NCBI GenBank assembly: GCA_963840855.1
Contig: CAWJBB010000065.1
Location: 1-64,000, forward strand
Length of the DNA: 64,000 nucleotides
Origin: an uncultured delta proteobacterium
GTDB lineage: Bacteria > Desulfobacterota > Binatia > UBA9968
Reading direction: 5' to 3'
The position numbers and the translations under genes are program-made. The notes under the pieces are model-generated. The model did no database searches. It had not been told where the DNA came from and saw only the letters and a program-made list of their open reading frames with translations. Within the stretch, counting starts at the first letter, position 1. The number at the start of each line of letters is the position of its first letter. Of the stretch, positions 51,056 to 61,261 are shown one piece after another.

Positions 51056-51124
51056 CACAGTTTTTCCGATCTTCTCTTCATCCGAATTCAAATATATCTG
51101 GCTAGTTTTCGGACCTTCTCGGGC

Positions 51125-52591
51125 TCAGTCGTAGAGAAATTGACTGCCGGGCTTTCGCGGAACATAACGACCCACCGGGTCGCCGACCATTTCCATGCTA
51201 TTGCTTCGGTCCGACCACTCGGCGACGACGTTGCCGCGGACGATCGTCATCACTGGCCAGCCGGTGAACTCCCACCCTTCATAGATGGACCACCCGGAAG
51301 AGGTGTAGAGCATGTCCGGCTTCATGGTCGCTTTCTTGTTTAAGTCCACAACCACGATATCGCCATCGGAGCCTGTCCGAATGGTACCTTTTTTTGGGAA
51401 CAGGCCGAACACTTTGGCGTTGTTTTCACAGCAGCACTCCACCATTCGCTCCAAAGAAATCCGCCCCTGGTTGACTCCCAAGCTAAGCATCACTTGCAGG
51501 TACGCTTCCACGCGGGACGAGAAGCCGCTGACGCTCTTCCAGACATCGCCTTTGACTTCCATCTCACCGCGTGGAACTCCATGATTGACGTGGTCCGTGC
51601 CGACACAGTGAATTCGTCCCTCTCTCAGTCCCGTCCAGATTCTCTCGATGGTCTCTCTGCTGCGCAGCGGAACATTGAGCTTCCAGGCGTCCTTGGCGAG
51701 AGAGAGGTAGCAGGGAGCGGTTTGGGCGAAAATCGTTATCCCTTCTTTGCGCGCCTTTTCCACTTCGTCCATGGTTTCATCGCAAGTGCAGTGCTGGATG
51801 TAAAGCGGGCACTTCAGCAATCCGGCGAAATAGGCGAACTGCCGGACATGAGCCGCCTCCGCGAAATGTGGCGACCGGTCGTCCCAGGCGCCGATATCCA
51901 TGCGCCCCTGTTTTCTGAGTCGCTCCTCGAGGACTCGAACAATGCCCCAATTCTCGCAGTGCAGGCTGACGATGCACGGCGGCCCGAGCCTGGCCACGTG
52001 TTCCATGCCCCGGTACACGGTGCCGTCATCGAAGCCAAAAAATCCCATGCGCTTCTGCGACAGCCAGCCGGAATTTTCCGGGCGCATCATGTGGAGATAG
52101 TATTTGAACGAAGTGATGCCGAATTTCTCCGCGTATTCCGGAATCTCCTCGGCCTGGCTGTCGTTGGCGAGGATCGGGGTTAAAAAGAAATCTACCCGCG
52201 AGTGGGTCTCGCCGGCCTGTTTGAAGTTTGGGAACACGTCCTTGAAAGAGACGATGTCGTTGGGATTGTTCTCCAACTTGTGCTTCATCTGCATGTTGGG
52301 GCTGGTAAGCTGCATACCCCAGGTGGTAACTCCGGTGGAAGCGGCGGCCTTAGTTTCGCTGATGAGATCGTCGGTGATCGGCCGGTGGATTCCCAGATGG
52401 ACCTCCGGATCGATCAAACCCGGAAGAATATGTTTTCCGCCGACGTCGATCACTCGTTGCCCGTCGGGCAACGCGGAGTCTTTGCCGACGGCGACAAACT
52501 TGCCGTCTTTTATCGCCACCCCGCCTTCGATGATACCCTGTGAAGAAACTATCTTTCCGTTCTTGACGACCAAATCAGCGCGGTCCGCCAT
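51125..52591 (-). CDS. Dihydropyrimidinase/allantoinase/dihydroorotase-type cyclic amidohydrolase (DPEVH variant)
   Basis: LPGLIDPEVH, GVTT, SFKYY, LHCEN, IQH, GTDH, KGTIRTGSDGD. Confidence 0.88.
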   Translation of the reverse strand: MADRADLVVKNGKIVSSQGIIEGGVAIKDGKFVAVGKDSALPDGQRVIDVGGKHILPGLIDPEVHLGIHRPITDDLISETKAAASTGVTTWGMQLTSPNMQMKHKLENNPNDIVSFKDVFPNFKQAGETHSRVDFFLTPILANDSQAEEIPEYAEKFGITSFKYYLHMMRPENSGWLSQKRMGFFGFDDGTVYRGMEHVARLGPPCIVSLHCENWGIVRVLEERLRKQGRMDIGAWDDRSPHFAEAAHVRQFAYFAGLLKCPLYIQHCTCDETMDEVEKARKEGITIFAQTAPCYLSLAKDAWKLNVPLRSRETIERIWTGLREGRIHCVGTDHVNHGVPRGEMEVKGDVWKSVSGFSSRVEAYLQVMLSLGVNQGRISLERMVECCCENNAKVFGLFPKKGTIRTGSDGDIVVVDLNKKATMKPDMLYTSSGWSIYEGWEFTGWPVMTIVRGNVVAEWSDRSNSMEMVGDPVGRYVPRKPGSQFLYD

Positions 52592-52623
52592 CTTACTTCC
52601 TCCGTCTCGTTGCGCCCGATCGT

Positions 52624-54111
52624 TTAAGCCCCTATCGGATACGTTGCGTATCCAAGCTTCCGGGCCTGGTACTTTCCTCTGGGCTTACCGACGATGCTGT
52701 GCTTCTGTTCTCTCTCATTCCACTCCGACGCAACCTCGCCCCGCAGTATTACCTGATACGGCCAACCCGTGACCTGCCAACCTTCGAAGATCGACCAGCC
52801 GGCGGAGGTTAACAGCATATCTTTATGGATCGTTTGCTTCTTTTTCAGGTCGACCAATACGATGTCAGCATCGGCGCCCACTCTGAGCACCCCCTTCTTG
52901 GGAAACAGCCCGAAGGCTTTCGCCGGATTCTCGCAGCAAAATTCCACGCACCGGGGCAGTGTGATTCGCCCCTTGTTGACGCCTTCGCTCAGCATGACCG
53001 GGAGCATCGCCTCGACGCGAGAGGAGAATCCGCTCACGGTCTTCCACACGTCACCCTTGACCTCCATCTCTTCCCTGGGAACGCCGTGGTTCACATGATC
53101 GGATCCCACGCAATCGACATCTCCATTGGCCACAGCCTTCCATAGCTGTTCCATCGTCTGCCGATCTCGCAGCGGGACGTTTATTTTATAGGCGTCATGG
53201 TCAAGCGACAGATAGACAAAGCCGGTCTCGCCGATGACTTTGACCCCTTCGTTGCGGGCGTGTTTGATCTCATCGATGCTTTCCTGGGTGGTGGTGTGCA
53301 CGATGTAGAGAGGGGAGTTGGTGACTTTAGCGAGATAGGCGTACTGGCGCACGTGGGTGGCTTCGACAAAGTGCGGGCACCGCTCATCCCAGGCAGCGTT
53401 ATCCTTGCGCCCTTGCTTGATCAAACGCGCCTGAAAAACCCGAATGAGCTCCCAGTTTTCCGGATGAATACAGGTGATGCAGGGAGGACCCAACCGTCCG
53501 ACATGCTCCATGCCGATGTAGACGGTCCCATCGTCGAAGCCGTAGATGCCGATCTTCTTCTGCGGCTCCCAATGTCCCAAGGTATCCTGCCCGCGCTTGA
53601 GATGAAGATAGTACTTGTAAGAAGTGGCGCCATATTTTTCCGCCAACAGTGGAATTTCTTCGACCTGGGCGTCGTTGGCGACGAGCGGGGTTAAAAAATA
53701 ATCCACCCTGGAGTGCGCGTTGCCCATGTCTTCGTATGCCGACATGACCTGACTGAAAGGGACGCTGTCCTCAACGTCTTTGACCGGTTTGAAGCTGCGG
53801 CTAATGGTTGGGCTGGTCAGCATCATTCCCCAGGTCGTGACTCCCCCGGCAATGGCGGCCTTCGTTTCAGAAATAAAATCGTCTTCCAAAGAACGGTGCA
53901 CGCCCAGGTGCGTTTCCGGATCCACGACACCCGGAAGAACATAGTTTCCCTTGGCGTCGATGGTTTTTTTCGCTGGGAAGCCGCTCAAATCGGTTGCGAT
54001 CGCCGCGATCTTCTCCCCTTTGATCCCGATACTCGAGGATATAATGTCCGGCGGGATAACCAGCTTGCCATTTGTGATTACTAAATCAAACTCCATAGGT
54101 GCATTGGCCAT
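52624..54111 (-). CDS. Cyclic amidohydrolase paralog (DPETH variant)
   Basis: LPGVVDPETH, GGVTT, SYKYY, IHPEN, IVH, GSDH, KGVLRVGADAD. Confidence 0.88.
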   Translation of the reverse strand: MANAPMEFDLVITNGKLVIPPDIISSSIGIKGEKIAAIATDLSGFPAKKTIDAKGNYVLPGVVDPETHLGVHRSLEDDFISETKAAIAGGVTTWGMMLTSPTISRSFKPVKDVEDSVPFSQVMSAYEDMGNAHSRVDYFLTPLVANDAQVEEIPLLAEKYGATSYKYYLHLKRGQDTLGHWEPQKKIGIYGFDDGTVYIGMEHVGRLGPPCITCIHPENWELIRVFQARLIKQGRKDNAAWDERCPHFVEATHVRQYAYLAKVTNSPLYIVHTTTQESIDEIKHARNEGVKVIGETGFVYLSLDHDAYKINVPLRDRQTMEQLWKAVANGDVDCVGSDHVNHGVPREEMEVKGDVWKTVSGFSSRVEAMLPVMLSEGVNKGRITLPRCVEFCCENPAKAFGLFPKKGVLRVGADADIVLVDLKKKQTIHKDMLLTSAGWSIFEGWQVTGWPYQVILRGEVASEWNEREQKHSIVGKPRGKYQARKLGYATYPIGA

Positions 54112-54150
54112 AGATCTTCCTTTCTACAAAATCATAGTTGTAAACCAATG

Positions 54151-54287
54151 ATGAAGCTCCTCGGAGCAAAGCTCCGAGGTATCTTGCGAAATTCTCCGAA
54201 GCCCTTCCACCCTCCTTCGCCAAGGCTACGGAGGGTTCTCCTCACCTTCATCCTCGCAGCAAGCTGCGAGGTATTCGGCGAAGGAGA
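54151..54287 (-). mobile_element. PATE-like element, copy E
   Basis: Near-identical to copy C; target TTTAT. Confidence 0.8.
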
Positions 54288-54649
54288 ATAAATTTCCGCT
54301 TTGTCTTACGGGAGGTATAACATGAAACTGTCATTGTCAATTTGAAAACGACTTTAACGTTTTGAACCCCGTTTGCTGTACCGTGGGCCATGTTGGCAGA
54401 AAAAGCGCGCTGTGATAGAGCAACAAAACAATGAAAAGTGCGGCGATGATTGGACGCTGTGGAGGGGAGAGAGATGAAAGGCTGGCCGGTGATGACCATG
54501 CGCCGCGGCAAGACAATCGCGGAGTGGCCCGACGGGGGAAAGAGACCGGAAATCGTCTCCAAGCCGCTCGGACGCTACCAACCCCGTTCGCTGGGCTGAG
54601 GCTGATTTTTAGCATCTATGCGCGGCGCGCGCAGGTCTAAGCTATTGAA

Positions 54650-54777
54650 CTGTAACAGCTACATAGTGTTTGCCGTTCATGGTTCGAGAGCCTCACCACG
54701 AACGGCTTGTGCCTTGACCGTTCACCCTGAGCGTGTCGAAGGGTTCTTCGAACTTAGACGCGAATCAATTGTTACAG
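54650..54777. mobile_element. MITE-like element with ctgtaaca/tgttacag ends
   Basis: Terminal IR plus the gttcatggttcga..caccacgaacgg core; near-identical copy from 63912 and a shortened copy at 24206-24257. Confidence 0.7.
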
Positions 54778-54859
54778 CTCACTCGACGCGGTCAAGCGAC
54801 CTTGTCAGGGCGGAGTAAAAATATTTCAAAAACCTGGGTTCGCACGCTCCGATCGTCTC

Positions 54860-56209
54860 ATGACTACTCTCCTTGAACACGCCACCATCGTCACGATGAA
54901 CGCGAAGAAAGAGGTTCTCCAAGACGGCCATGTGCTGATTCAGGATGGTCGGATTGCGAGTGTGGGGCTTGCGGAGTCTAGCAAAGCCAATCAAGTCATC
55001 GATTGCCAGGGTAAGATTATTATTCCTGGCCTCATAAGCGCCCACTCCCATCTTACAGGACTGCTTCAACGCGGGTTGTGGGATGAGAACAGTTTCGAAT
55101 CCTGGTCGGAAAAATCTACGGCAACGGAAAAGTCATTCGATGCTTCTCCAGAAGATATCTATAACCTCCATTGTGGCGCTTGTGTCGAGTTCATCAGGCA
55201 CGGCGCAACGACGGTTCTCAACATGTTTACCGTTCCCTCGCACGTCCCGCTGGAACTGATCGATGCTTCGTGTCGCGCGCTCCGGGATAGCGGCATCAGG
55301 GGCATTCTAGCGCTTTCGGTCAAAGATCAATCGCCGGACAATCCTGCCATTGGTCTTGATTCTATTCATGCCGACTCCTGGGGTGCGCGAGCCAAGGAAG
55401 CCGCCGCGTGCGTCAGCACCTTTGGCCCGAGAGTATCCTTCATGGTGGCACCTTCAGCGCCGCAACGCTGCAGCGACAACCTCCTGATACGATGTAAAGA
55501 GCTGGCGGAAGAGCTCGGCGTGGGTGTTCATACACACCTTGCCGAAACCAAATCTCACGCGCAGGTGGCAAGAAGTCTCTACGGACAGCCGATGGTAAAG
55601 CATCTGGAGAAAATCGGCTTTCTTGGGCCTCATCTTTCCGTGGCGCACTCGATCTGGTTGGATGAAGAAGAGATTGACACCTTGAGCCGCTATCGGGTTA
55701 ACGTCGTTCATAATCCATCGAGCAATATGAAGCTCGGCAGTGGAGCCGCCAGAATCAAAAAGATGCTCGACCGAGGTATCACCGTTGGCCTAGGAGCCGA
55801 CAGCGTGAATGCGGGCACCGTTTACTCAATCTTCGAGCAAATGAAACTGTCCGTGTTGCTGCCAAGGGCCGTTTGGCAACCCGAGGATTGGATTTCGCCC
55901 GACGAGGCGTTTGAAATGGGATGCCTCGGCGGAGCGAGGGCAATGCTTCTAGGCGATGAAATCGGGTCCATTGAACAGGGAAAGAAAGCCGATCTCGTGG
56001 TGCTGAAACTTTCGACCAGCCTTTTGCCGGCAAATAATCTGACAGCGCAGCTTGCACTGTGTGAGGGCGGTGAGTCTATTGAGACCGTCTTTGTCGACGG
56101 AGAGCCTATCTTGCTTAACGGTCGTTGCACGAAGATCGATGAAGGTGCCGTTCTTGAAGCGCTTTCATCTTTCACACCCAGAATCGCCGCAATTGTTCCT
56201 CAGACGTAA
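54860..56209 (+). CDS. Amidohydrolase (MTA/SAH-deaminase/AtzA-like)
   Basis: PGLISAHSH, HTHLAET, AHSIWL, HNPSSNMKLGSG, GAD, GKKADLV. Confidence 0.9.
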   Translation: MTTLLEHATIVTMNAKKEVLQDGHVLIQDGRIASVGLAESSKANQVIDCQGKIIIPGLISAHSHLTGLLQRGLWDENSFESWSEKSTATEKSFDASPEDIYNLHCGACVEFIRHGATTVLNMFTVPSHVPLELIDASCRALRDSGIRGILALSVKDQSPDNPAIGLDSIHADSWGARAKEAAACVSTFGPRVSFMVAPSAPQRCSDNLLIRCKELAEELGVGVHTHLAETKSHAQVARSLYGQPMVKHLEKIGFLGPHLSVAHSIWLDEEEIDTLSRYRVNVVHNPSSNMKLGSGAARIKKMLDRGITVGLGADSVNAGTVYSIFEQMKLSVLLPRAVWQPEDWISPDEAFEMGCLGGARAMLLGDEIGSIEQGKKADLVVLKLSTSLLPANNLTAQLALCEGGESIETVFVDGEPILLNGRCTKIDEGAVLEALSSFTPRIAAIVPQT

Positions 56210-56227
56210 TCTCGTGAATAATCCGGG

Positions 56228-57703
56228 CTACGGCAGGAAACGTAAGGGTAATCCTTTTGCAGCAAAGGACTTTTTATATAGCTCACGAATCGTTCGGTGG
56301 GAACGGTCCGGCTTGTTTTTGATGCGGCCATAGAGGCGGTGCATTTTCTTGCTGATCGGTTCGACTCTTCGGATCAATGCCTCCTCGTCAACGCCGATGA
56401 GACGGCCGCCCTCCACTACCACCTTGCCGTCGACCAAAACGGTGTCAACCGACTGACCTCCTTCACAAAAGACCAGTTGGTGTACGATATCCCTTAGCGG
56501 ACGGAGTCGGAGACTGGGTTTTAATAGAACAAGGTCGGCACGGTAACCCGTCTTGATCCGCCCGATCTTACCACGCCAGGCGGGAACAGCCTGGGCGCCG
56601 TTAACGGTTCCCATTCTCAGGGCATCAAAGGCGGTGATCCAATTGTCCGGATCCCGCGCGACGATTCGGGATAGAAAAGCAGCCAATCTCATCTGCTCGA
56701 AGATGGAGTAACTGTCGCTCGTATCTCCGCCGTCGGTACCAAGAGCCACATTGACACCATGGGTTTTCAATTTGGCAACCGGGGCGATGCCGCTGCCCAG
56801 CTTGAGATTGCTGGCGGGGTTGTGAACGACGCTGGCGCCGGATGAAGCCAAAAGATCCATTTCTCTCTCGTCCAGCCAAACGCTATGCGCCCCTGAAACC
56901 CGAGAAGAAAGAAAGCCGATATCCGCGAGATGAGCGCACAAAGGCTTCTTATAAAACTTACGGGCCGCCCAGCATTGCAGTCGTGTCTCCAGAAGATGCG
57001 TGTGGATGCCCAAGTCAAATTGCTCGGCAACCCCGACGACTTCGCGGAGCAACCCGTCGCTGCAGTTCATTGGCGAGGAAGGTCCCAGCATGATACCCGA
57101 AATAGTGCGGGCGTGGCGCAGGCGCGCGAGAATGGTCAGCACTTCCTCTTTCCAGGGTTCACGCGGCGTTTTGTCAGCCGCGTTTCTGCGCTTCGGCGCT
57201 CGTGTCATCAAGCGAATAAGATCCTGATCGCGCAGCGAGGGAACAAGCATGCCTCGGAGACCGGTTTTTTCGAACGCGCCAAGAATAGCTGCCATTTTGT
57301 CTACGCTGAGTCCTGGCCGCGTCGAGAAATGATCCACCACCGCCGTCACTCCGTTCTTGAGCATTTCGGAACACGCTAGCTCGGCTGCCGTGCCAATCTC
57401 CTCGGGCGTCAAATGGGCTAGATCCTCTGTCATAGCTCTGTAACCGCGCCAGATTTCCATCCGCGCGTTATCGCGAAAGCTCTTTTGGAGAATCTCCGTC
57501 AGATGACAGTGAGCATTGATCAGGCCCGGCATTACGATCATTTCCGAGCAGTCGATTCGCTTTGTGATCGGCAGCCCATTTGTGTGAATCCTCGTTCCCA
57601 GGCGAGCGATGGTTCCCTCATGAATGAGCAGCTGCTGCGCTTCGAGAACCGGCTTGGCGGCGTTCAGTGTGACGACGGACGCGTTTTCCAACAGGATTGT
57701 CAT
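56228..57703 (-). CDS. Amidohydrolase (MTA/SAH-deaminase/AtzA-like)
   Basis: PGLINAHCH, HTHLLET, AHSVWL, HNPASNLKLGSG, GTDG; start ATG 57703. Confidence 0.9.
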   Translation of the reverse strand: MTILLENASVVTLNAAKPVLEAQQLLIHEGTIARLGTRIHTNGLPITKRIDCSEMIVMPGLINAHCHLTEILQKSFRDNARMEIWRGYRAMTEDLAHLTPEEIGTAAELACSEMLKNGVTAVVDHFSTRPGLSVDKMAAILGAFEKTGLRGMLVPSLRDQDLIRLMTRAPKRRNAADKTPREPWKEEVLTILARLRHARTISGIMLGPSSPMNCSDGLLREVVGVAEQFDLGIHTHLLETRLQCWAARKFYKKPLCAHLADIGFLSSRVSGAHSVWLDEREMDLLASSGASVVHNPASNLKLGSGIAPVAKLKTHGVNVALGTDGGDTSDSYSIFEQMRLAAFLSRIVARDPDNWITAFDALRMGTVNGAQAVPAWRGKIGRIKTGYRADLVLLKPSLRLRPLRDIVHQLVFCEGGQSVDTVLVDGKVVVEGGRLIGVDEEALIRRVEPISKKMHRLYGRIKNKPDRSHRTIRELYKKSFAAKGLPLRFLP

Positions 57704-57964
57704 AAGGGAGGATTCACCACAGCGACTCAGCGCGGCAGGATCGCAACCGAAATTCGGAATATTTCCCGCAAAGACGCCAAGGCCGCAAAGGTCGGACGAC
57801 AACGGTGAAACTTTTCTGATAGACTATTCATCATTCCCCTCCGAACTTGGCGTACTTTGCGCCTTGGCGCGAGTAAATCTCCGTCTTCGAATTCAGGTCA
57901 GCGGAAAATTTGCTCCAACGGCGCAATCGTTCAACAGAGTTCGCAACGGTTCTGAGTCACCGAG

Positions 57965-58978
57965 CTAGCGCGCGTAAAGGGCGTCGATGAATCCGCTCTG
58001 ATCCAGCTCTCGGATAAAGCGCAGATCGACAAGATCTTCCGGTTTAACACCCCGCGCCTTGGGATCCTTCTCTCCCAAGGTCGTTAAGACGGTCTTGATC
58101 CCCTCCAGTGTTGGATACTGTTTGCGGGGAAGCTTATCTTCACTGATATAGCGCGTGTAACTCTTCTCCATACTCTCTTGGTCTCTCGTCCGCCCGAAAT
58201 ACTTGGCGGCGACCTTTAGTCCCATGTCGCGATCTGACTTGATCCGGTGGACGGCTTCGACATGAGATTTTATATACCTGCGCACAACGTCAGGATGTTG
58301 AAGGATGAACCTGCGGGACGTGGCGACGCCGGCATGCTGAAAGGCCAGGCCGAGAGCAGAGACATCGGCGATAAGATTGAGGCCGCTTTTCTGGGCAATA
58401 AACATGGTGGGCGGATTCAATACGGTTGCTTCCACCCGTCTTGCGGCGAGCGCGGCCAAGCGGTCGGTTGTCGTGCCGAGCTGGACGATGCCGACGTCCT
58501 TGTCGGGGACGAGACCGGTCCGTTGCAGCGCGAACCTGGCGATGAAATCGGAGACCGATCCAAAACGGCTGATGGCCACAGACCCTCCCCGTAGCTGCTC
58601 AGGGCCTTTGATGTCGGCGCGGCTCATCAACCAATAATCGAGCGTGACCGTTCCTCCGGCAATCAGCACAGGATCTGATCCGCCTATGTATGCATTCGCC
58701 ACCTCCGGGCCGGCATTTTGCGACATGGCGATATCTCCCGAGACCAGGGCCATGACCGCCGTCGTCCCGCCTGTAAAATAAACCAGCTGGACGTCAAGGC
58801 CATTTTTTGTAAAGAGGCCGGTTTCCTTTCCAACCCAGGCCGGCAGCTGATCAAAGCTGATTGCGCTGTAACCGACGATCAGCTTGGTCGGCTTTTCCGC
58901 GCATTGTACCGCTGGACTCCAAACGGTGCTGAAGAGAATCCCGGCGAGGATTATGGTTTTCAAAGCGCGGCGAGTCAT
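57965..58978 (-). CDS. SsuA/NMT1-type substrate-binding protein
   Basis: Signal peptide; GLFTKNGLDV, AISRFGSVSD, ELDQSGFID. Confidence 0.9.
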   Translation of the reverse strand: MTRRALKTIILAGILFSTVWSPAVQCAEKPTKLIVGYSAISFDQLPAWVGKETGLFTKNGLDVQLVYFTGGTTAVMALVSGDIAMSQNAGPEVANAYIGGSDPVLIAGGTVTLDYWLMSRADIKGPEQLRGGSVAISRFGSVSDFIARFALQRTGLVPDKDVGIVQLGTTTDRLAALAARRVEATVLNPPTMFIAQKSGLNLIADVSALGLAFQHAGVATSRRFILQHPDVVRRYIKSHVEAVHRIKSDRDMGLKVAAKYFGRTRDQESMEKSYTRYISEDKLPRKQYPTLEGIKTVLTTLGEKDPKARGVKPEDLVDLRFIRELDQSGFIDALYAR

Positions 58979-59068
58979 CTGGAGTTTTTCCCTTATTTCT
59001 GTAGTGCTTGGTTTTTCGTAACCGGCTTGCCTCGTTGTAGATCAGGCTTCCACTCCAAAGAATTTTAT

Positions 59069-59202
59069 TCTCCTTCGCCGAATACCTCGCAGCTTGCTGC
59101 GGGGATGAAGGCGAGGAGAACCCTCCGTAGCCTTGGCGAAGGAGGGTAGCGGCTTCGGGGAATTTTGCAGGATACCCCGCAGCTTGCTGCGGGGAGCTTC
59201 AT
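59069..59202 (+). mobile_element. PATE-like element, copy F (diverged)
   Basis: TTTAT|tctcc...AATA hairpin...GATA ccccgcagc-tt-gctgcgggg agcTTCAT. Confidence 0.78.
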
Positions 59203-59380
59203 TCTCGCGCCAAGCATGTCCTGAGCAACGTCGAAGGGACGCCAAGAACGCAAAGAAAATCCTCCTTATCCCACTCTGAACTTGGCGCCCTTTGCGCCTT
59301 TGCGCGAATCATAATCGGCGTTCGTGATATTTGTGACGGCTAATTTGGACAAGAGTGAAAACAGTTGAAACCAGGCCTCA

Positions 59381-60811
59381 TCAGGAAAGTACGTGCCGCC
59401 ATTTTTCGGCGACTTTCGCGCGCTCTTGCGGAGTCAACGCGTGGTCCTTCGAGAAGTCTTTGATCCAGCGAAATGGTCGGCAGGCGTCGATGACGGCGCG
59501 CGAGTTGGTGAAATCGCCCTGGCTTCTTCGCTCCGGAGGAATTCTCGGATCGATGGGGCTGCTCCAGCAGCCACGCATAATCTCGATGGACGTTTCCGGG
59601 TCGCACCTCGTAGCGATCGCCCACAAAACGTCGGCCATGTTGGACGGGTCGATGTCGTCGTCAACGACGATCACGAAGCGGCCCAGGTATCCGCCCTCAC
59701 GGGCGCCAAGAGCGACATGAGCCGCTTGCCGCGCGTGGCCGCCGTAACGTTGCCTGAGGGAGATGACTTGTAGAAATCTCATTCCGGATTCGAGCTGCCA
59801 GACACCCTTGACGTCGGTGACGCCGCACTTTTCCAGTTCGTTCCAGATTTCGGCGGAGCGAAAAAGCAGCGACAGATAGCTATCGAGAGGATAGATCTTC
59901 AGATCTCCAACCACGGTGATGATCGGATCGGTTCGATAATACACGCGCTTGACATGAATCACTGGCGCCGGGCGCGTTCCCGAAGCGTAGTAACCCGTCC
60001 ATTCGCCAAACGGGCCTTCGGGCCGCGATTCTACGTCAGGTGGCGGCATCTCGCCTTCCAGAACGATTTCCGCGTTCGCCGGAATCGGCAGCCCGGTGTG
60101 CTCGCCGGTGACGACTTCGAAGGGCTTTCCTGCGACATGACCGGCAAAATCATATTCCGAAACGCCCCAGGGTAGCCCCAGAGTTGCGGCCGCAAACAAT
60201 ACGGGCTCGATGCCGCAGACAACCGCTACGGGGCAGGCTTGCTTTTTCATCCAGTACTGCTCGGCGATCAACCGTGTTTGTTTGCCGGGAGATATATATA
60301 TGCTCACAAGTCCAGGCTCTTGGACCTGCACTCTTGCAGTGCCGAGGTTCACCCAACCTCCTTCCGGGTCTTTCGTGATGACGGCATCCTGCGTGCCGAT
60401 GTATCTTCCTCCATCATCCTTGTGGAGCTTGGGAGCGGGGAACATGCAGACGTCGATGTCTTTACCCTTTTGGATGTGTTCCGTGATCGGTCCCGAAGCG
60501 ACCAGCTTGGGTGGAACAGGCTTGTGATCCTCCGTCCGTTTTCGGATCGCGTCAACCAAAGCGGGGCCTCTGAGGGTATCGGTAACTCCCAATGCCTGCG
60601 CTGTGCGGTGTTGAGTTTGAAACATGTTGATCAACACCCGATAGCCGGGGGGATAGCCTTTAATCTTGTCGAACAGTAAAGCGGGAGGGGCGCTTCCTAA
60701 ACCCGACACTTCAGCCAGGGCGCCAATGTCAACATCCGCGTCCGCGCCTTCGACCACTTTCAGCTGGCCACTGGCTTGCCAATCGTCGATCAATCCTCGT
60801 AAGTCGCGCAT
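59381..60811 (-). CDS. UbiD-family (prFMN-dependent) decarboxylase
   Basis: DLRGLI, DGGRYIGT, PEGPFGEWTGYY, VVDDDID..WAIATR, VIDAC. Confidence 0.93.
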   Translation of the reverse strand: MRDLRGLIDDWQASGQLKVVEGADADVDIGALAEVSGLGSAPPALLFDKIKGYPPGYRVLINMFQTQHRTAQALGVTDTLRGPALVDAIRKRTEDHKPVPPKLVASGPITEHIQKGKDIDVCMFPAPKLHKDDGGRYIGTQDAVITKDPEGGWVNLGTARVQVQEPGLVSIYISPGKQTRLIAEQYWMKKQACPVAVVCGIEPVLFAAATLGLPWGVSEYDFAGHVAGKPFEVVTGEHTGLPIPANAEIVLEGEMPPPDVESRPEGPFGEWTGYYASGTRPAPVIHVKRVYYRTDPIITVVGDLKIYPLDSYLSLLFRSAEIWNELEKCGVTDVKGVWQLESGMRFLQVISLRQRYGGHARQAAHVALGAREGGYLGRFVIVVDDDIDPSNMADVLWAIATRCDPETSIEIMRGCWSSPIDPRIPPERRSQGDFTNSRAVIDACRPFRWIKDFSKDHALTPQERAKVAEKWRHVLS

Positions 60812-60850
60812 GCGTTTGCTCCTTTTGGTTCTGACGCAGAAAAAATCACC

Positions 60851-61192
60851 TTAGGCGTTGGAACGCTCGTCATCAATGGCACTCAGAAAAAGTTTTCCGT
60901 CTTCTTCGGTGACAGCGTACCGCTCGATGCTGTAGCCCGGGCAGTTCAATCCTTCTCCGGTTTCGAGATCAAAAGTAAAGGCGTGCTGGCCGCAGCGGAT
61001 CATCTTGTCCCAAACATTGCCTTTTTCCAACGGCGCGCCCTCGTGCGGGCACCTTCTTTGAATCGCGTAGAGAATCCCCGAGCAGCGCAGAACCAGCACA
61101 TCTTTCCCGTCGGGCAGCCTGGCAGTAAAATAACCTTCCTCTTCCAGGGCGGAAAGCTCTCCGGCAAAAAAACTTTTCATGGCTCTGCTCAT
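60851..61192 (-). CDS. Rieske (2Fe-2S) ferredoxin
   Basis: CPHEGAPL...CGQHAFTFDLETG. Confidence 0.9.
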   Translation of the reverse strand: MSRAMKSFFAGELSALEEEGYFTARLPDGKDVLVLRCSGILYAIQRRCPHEGAPLEKGNVWDKMIRCGQHAFTFDLETGEGLNCPGYSIERYAVTEEDGKLFLSAIDDERSNA

Positions 61193-61261
61193 CGGTAGTC
61201 TTGGCTCATTGGACGGTTCCTGATCTCCTAATGGATGCCAGTCCGACTGTCAAGTTCGCGT

